From: an uncultured Candidatus Saccharibacteria bacterium
Lineage (GTDB): Bacteria > Patescibacteriota > Minisyncoccia > Phycocordibacterales > UBA9973
NCBI GenBank assembly: GCA_964408305.1
Contig: CAYOYW010000005.1
Coordinates: 1-42,186, forward strand
Reading direction: 5' to 3'
Length of the DNA stretch: 42,186 bases
Shown: positions 42,175-42,186 of the stretch, in pieces
Layout: the number at the start of each line of letters is the position of its first letter
Position numbering within the stretch: position 1 is the first letter of the stretch
Made by a program: the position numbers and the translations under genes
Notes under the pieces: model-generated
The model's database searches: none
Told to the model about the DNA's origin: nothing
What the model saw: the letters and a program-made list of their open reading frames with translations, nothing else

Positions 42175-42186
42175 CATGAAAGTACT
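42132..42186. repeat. Terminal direct repeat (copy of 1..55)
   Basis: Exact 55-nt identity with the window start. Confidence 0.95.

Overview
This window is a complete, gene-dense tailed-phage genome. The first 55 nt are identical to the last 55 nt, leaving about 42,131 bp unique. It cannot be read in the standard code: the supplied six-frame track breaks into pieces under 230 aa because in-frame TGA is a sense codon. Reading TGA as glycine (translation table 25, the Gracilibacteria / Absconditabacteria-SR1 code) restores about 50 contiguous genes, nearly all on the plus strand. TGA then falls on invariant Gly residues of well-known motifs: C5-MTase FDGISCG and GGSPCQ, RtcB VGSGNHY, CCA-adding enzyme GGAVRD, plus RecT and TerL.

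Layout:
- Early / DNA-metabolism arm, 45-14917: C5 methyltransferase, replication HTH protein, an RtcB ligase and CCA-adding enzyme tRNA-repair pair, HNH, RusA, RecT with a PD-(D/E)XK exonuclease, an SPFH protein, a pilin-like protein and a DnaQ-like exonuclease.
- The only leftward cassette, 15023-16044.
- Late arm, 16097-42174: TerS, TerL, portal, scaffold, capsid, connector/tail proteins, a 904-aa CHAP virion protein, a 1465-aa polyvalent virion protein with zincin and PARP-like ADP-ribosyltransferase motifs, a glycine-rich fibre whose Gly runs are largely TGA-encoded, a tail fibre, holin-like proteins and a CHAP endolysin.

I recognised no tRNA, rRNA, CRISPR array, integrase or transposase. 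I also recognised no sheath, tube or tape-measure gene, so a podovirus-like virion is an inference. Recurrent non-coding signals are a TTGCAA-N16-TATnnT promoter (4 copies), a sense-oriented GCTGGGGG motif upstream of late genes, several strong hairpins and terminators, and two candidate structured RNAs.

All translations were done by hand with TAA/TAG as the only stops. Reading frames and stop codons were checked codon by codon for most long genes. Start codons are provisional.
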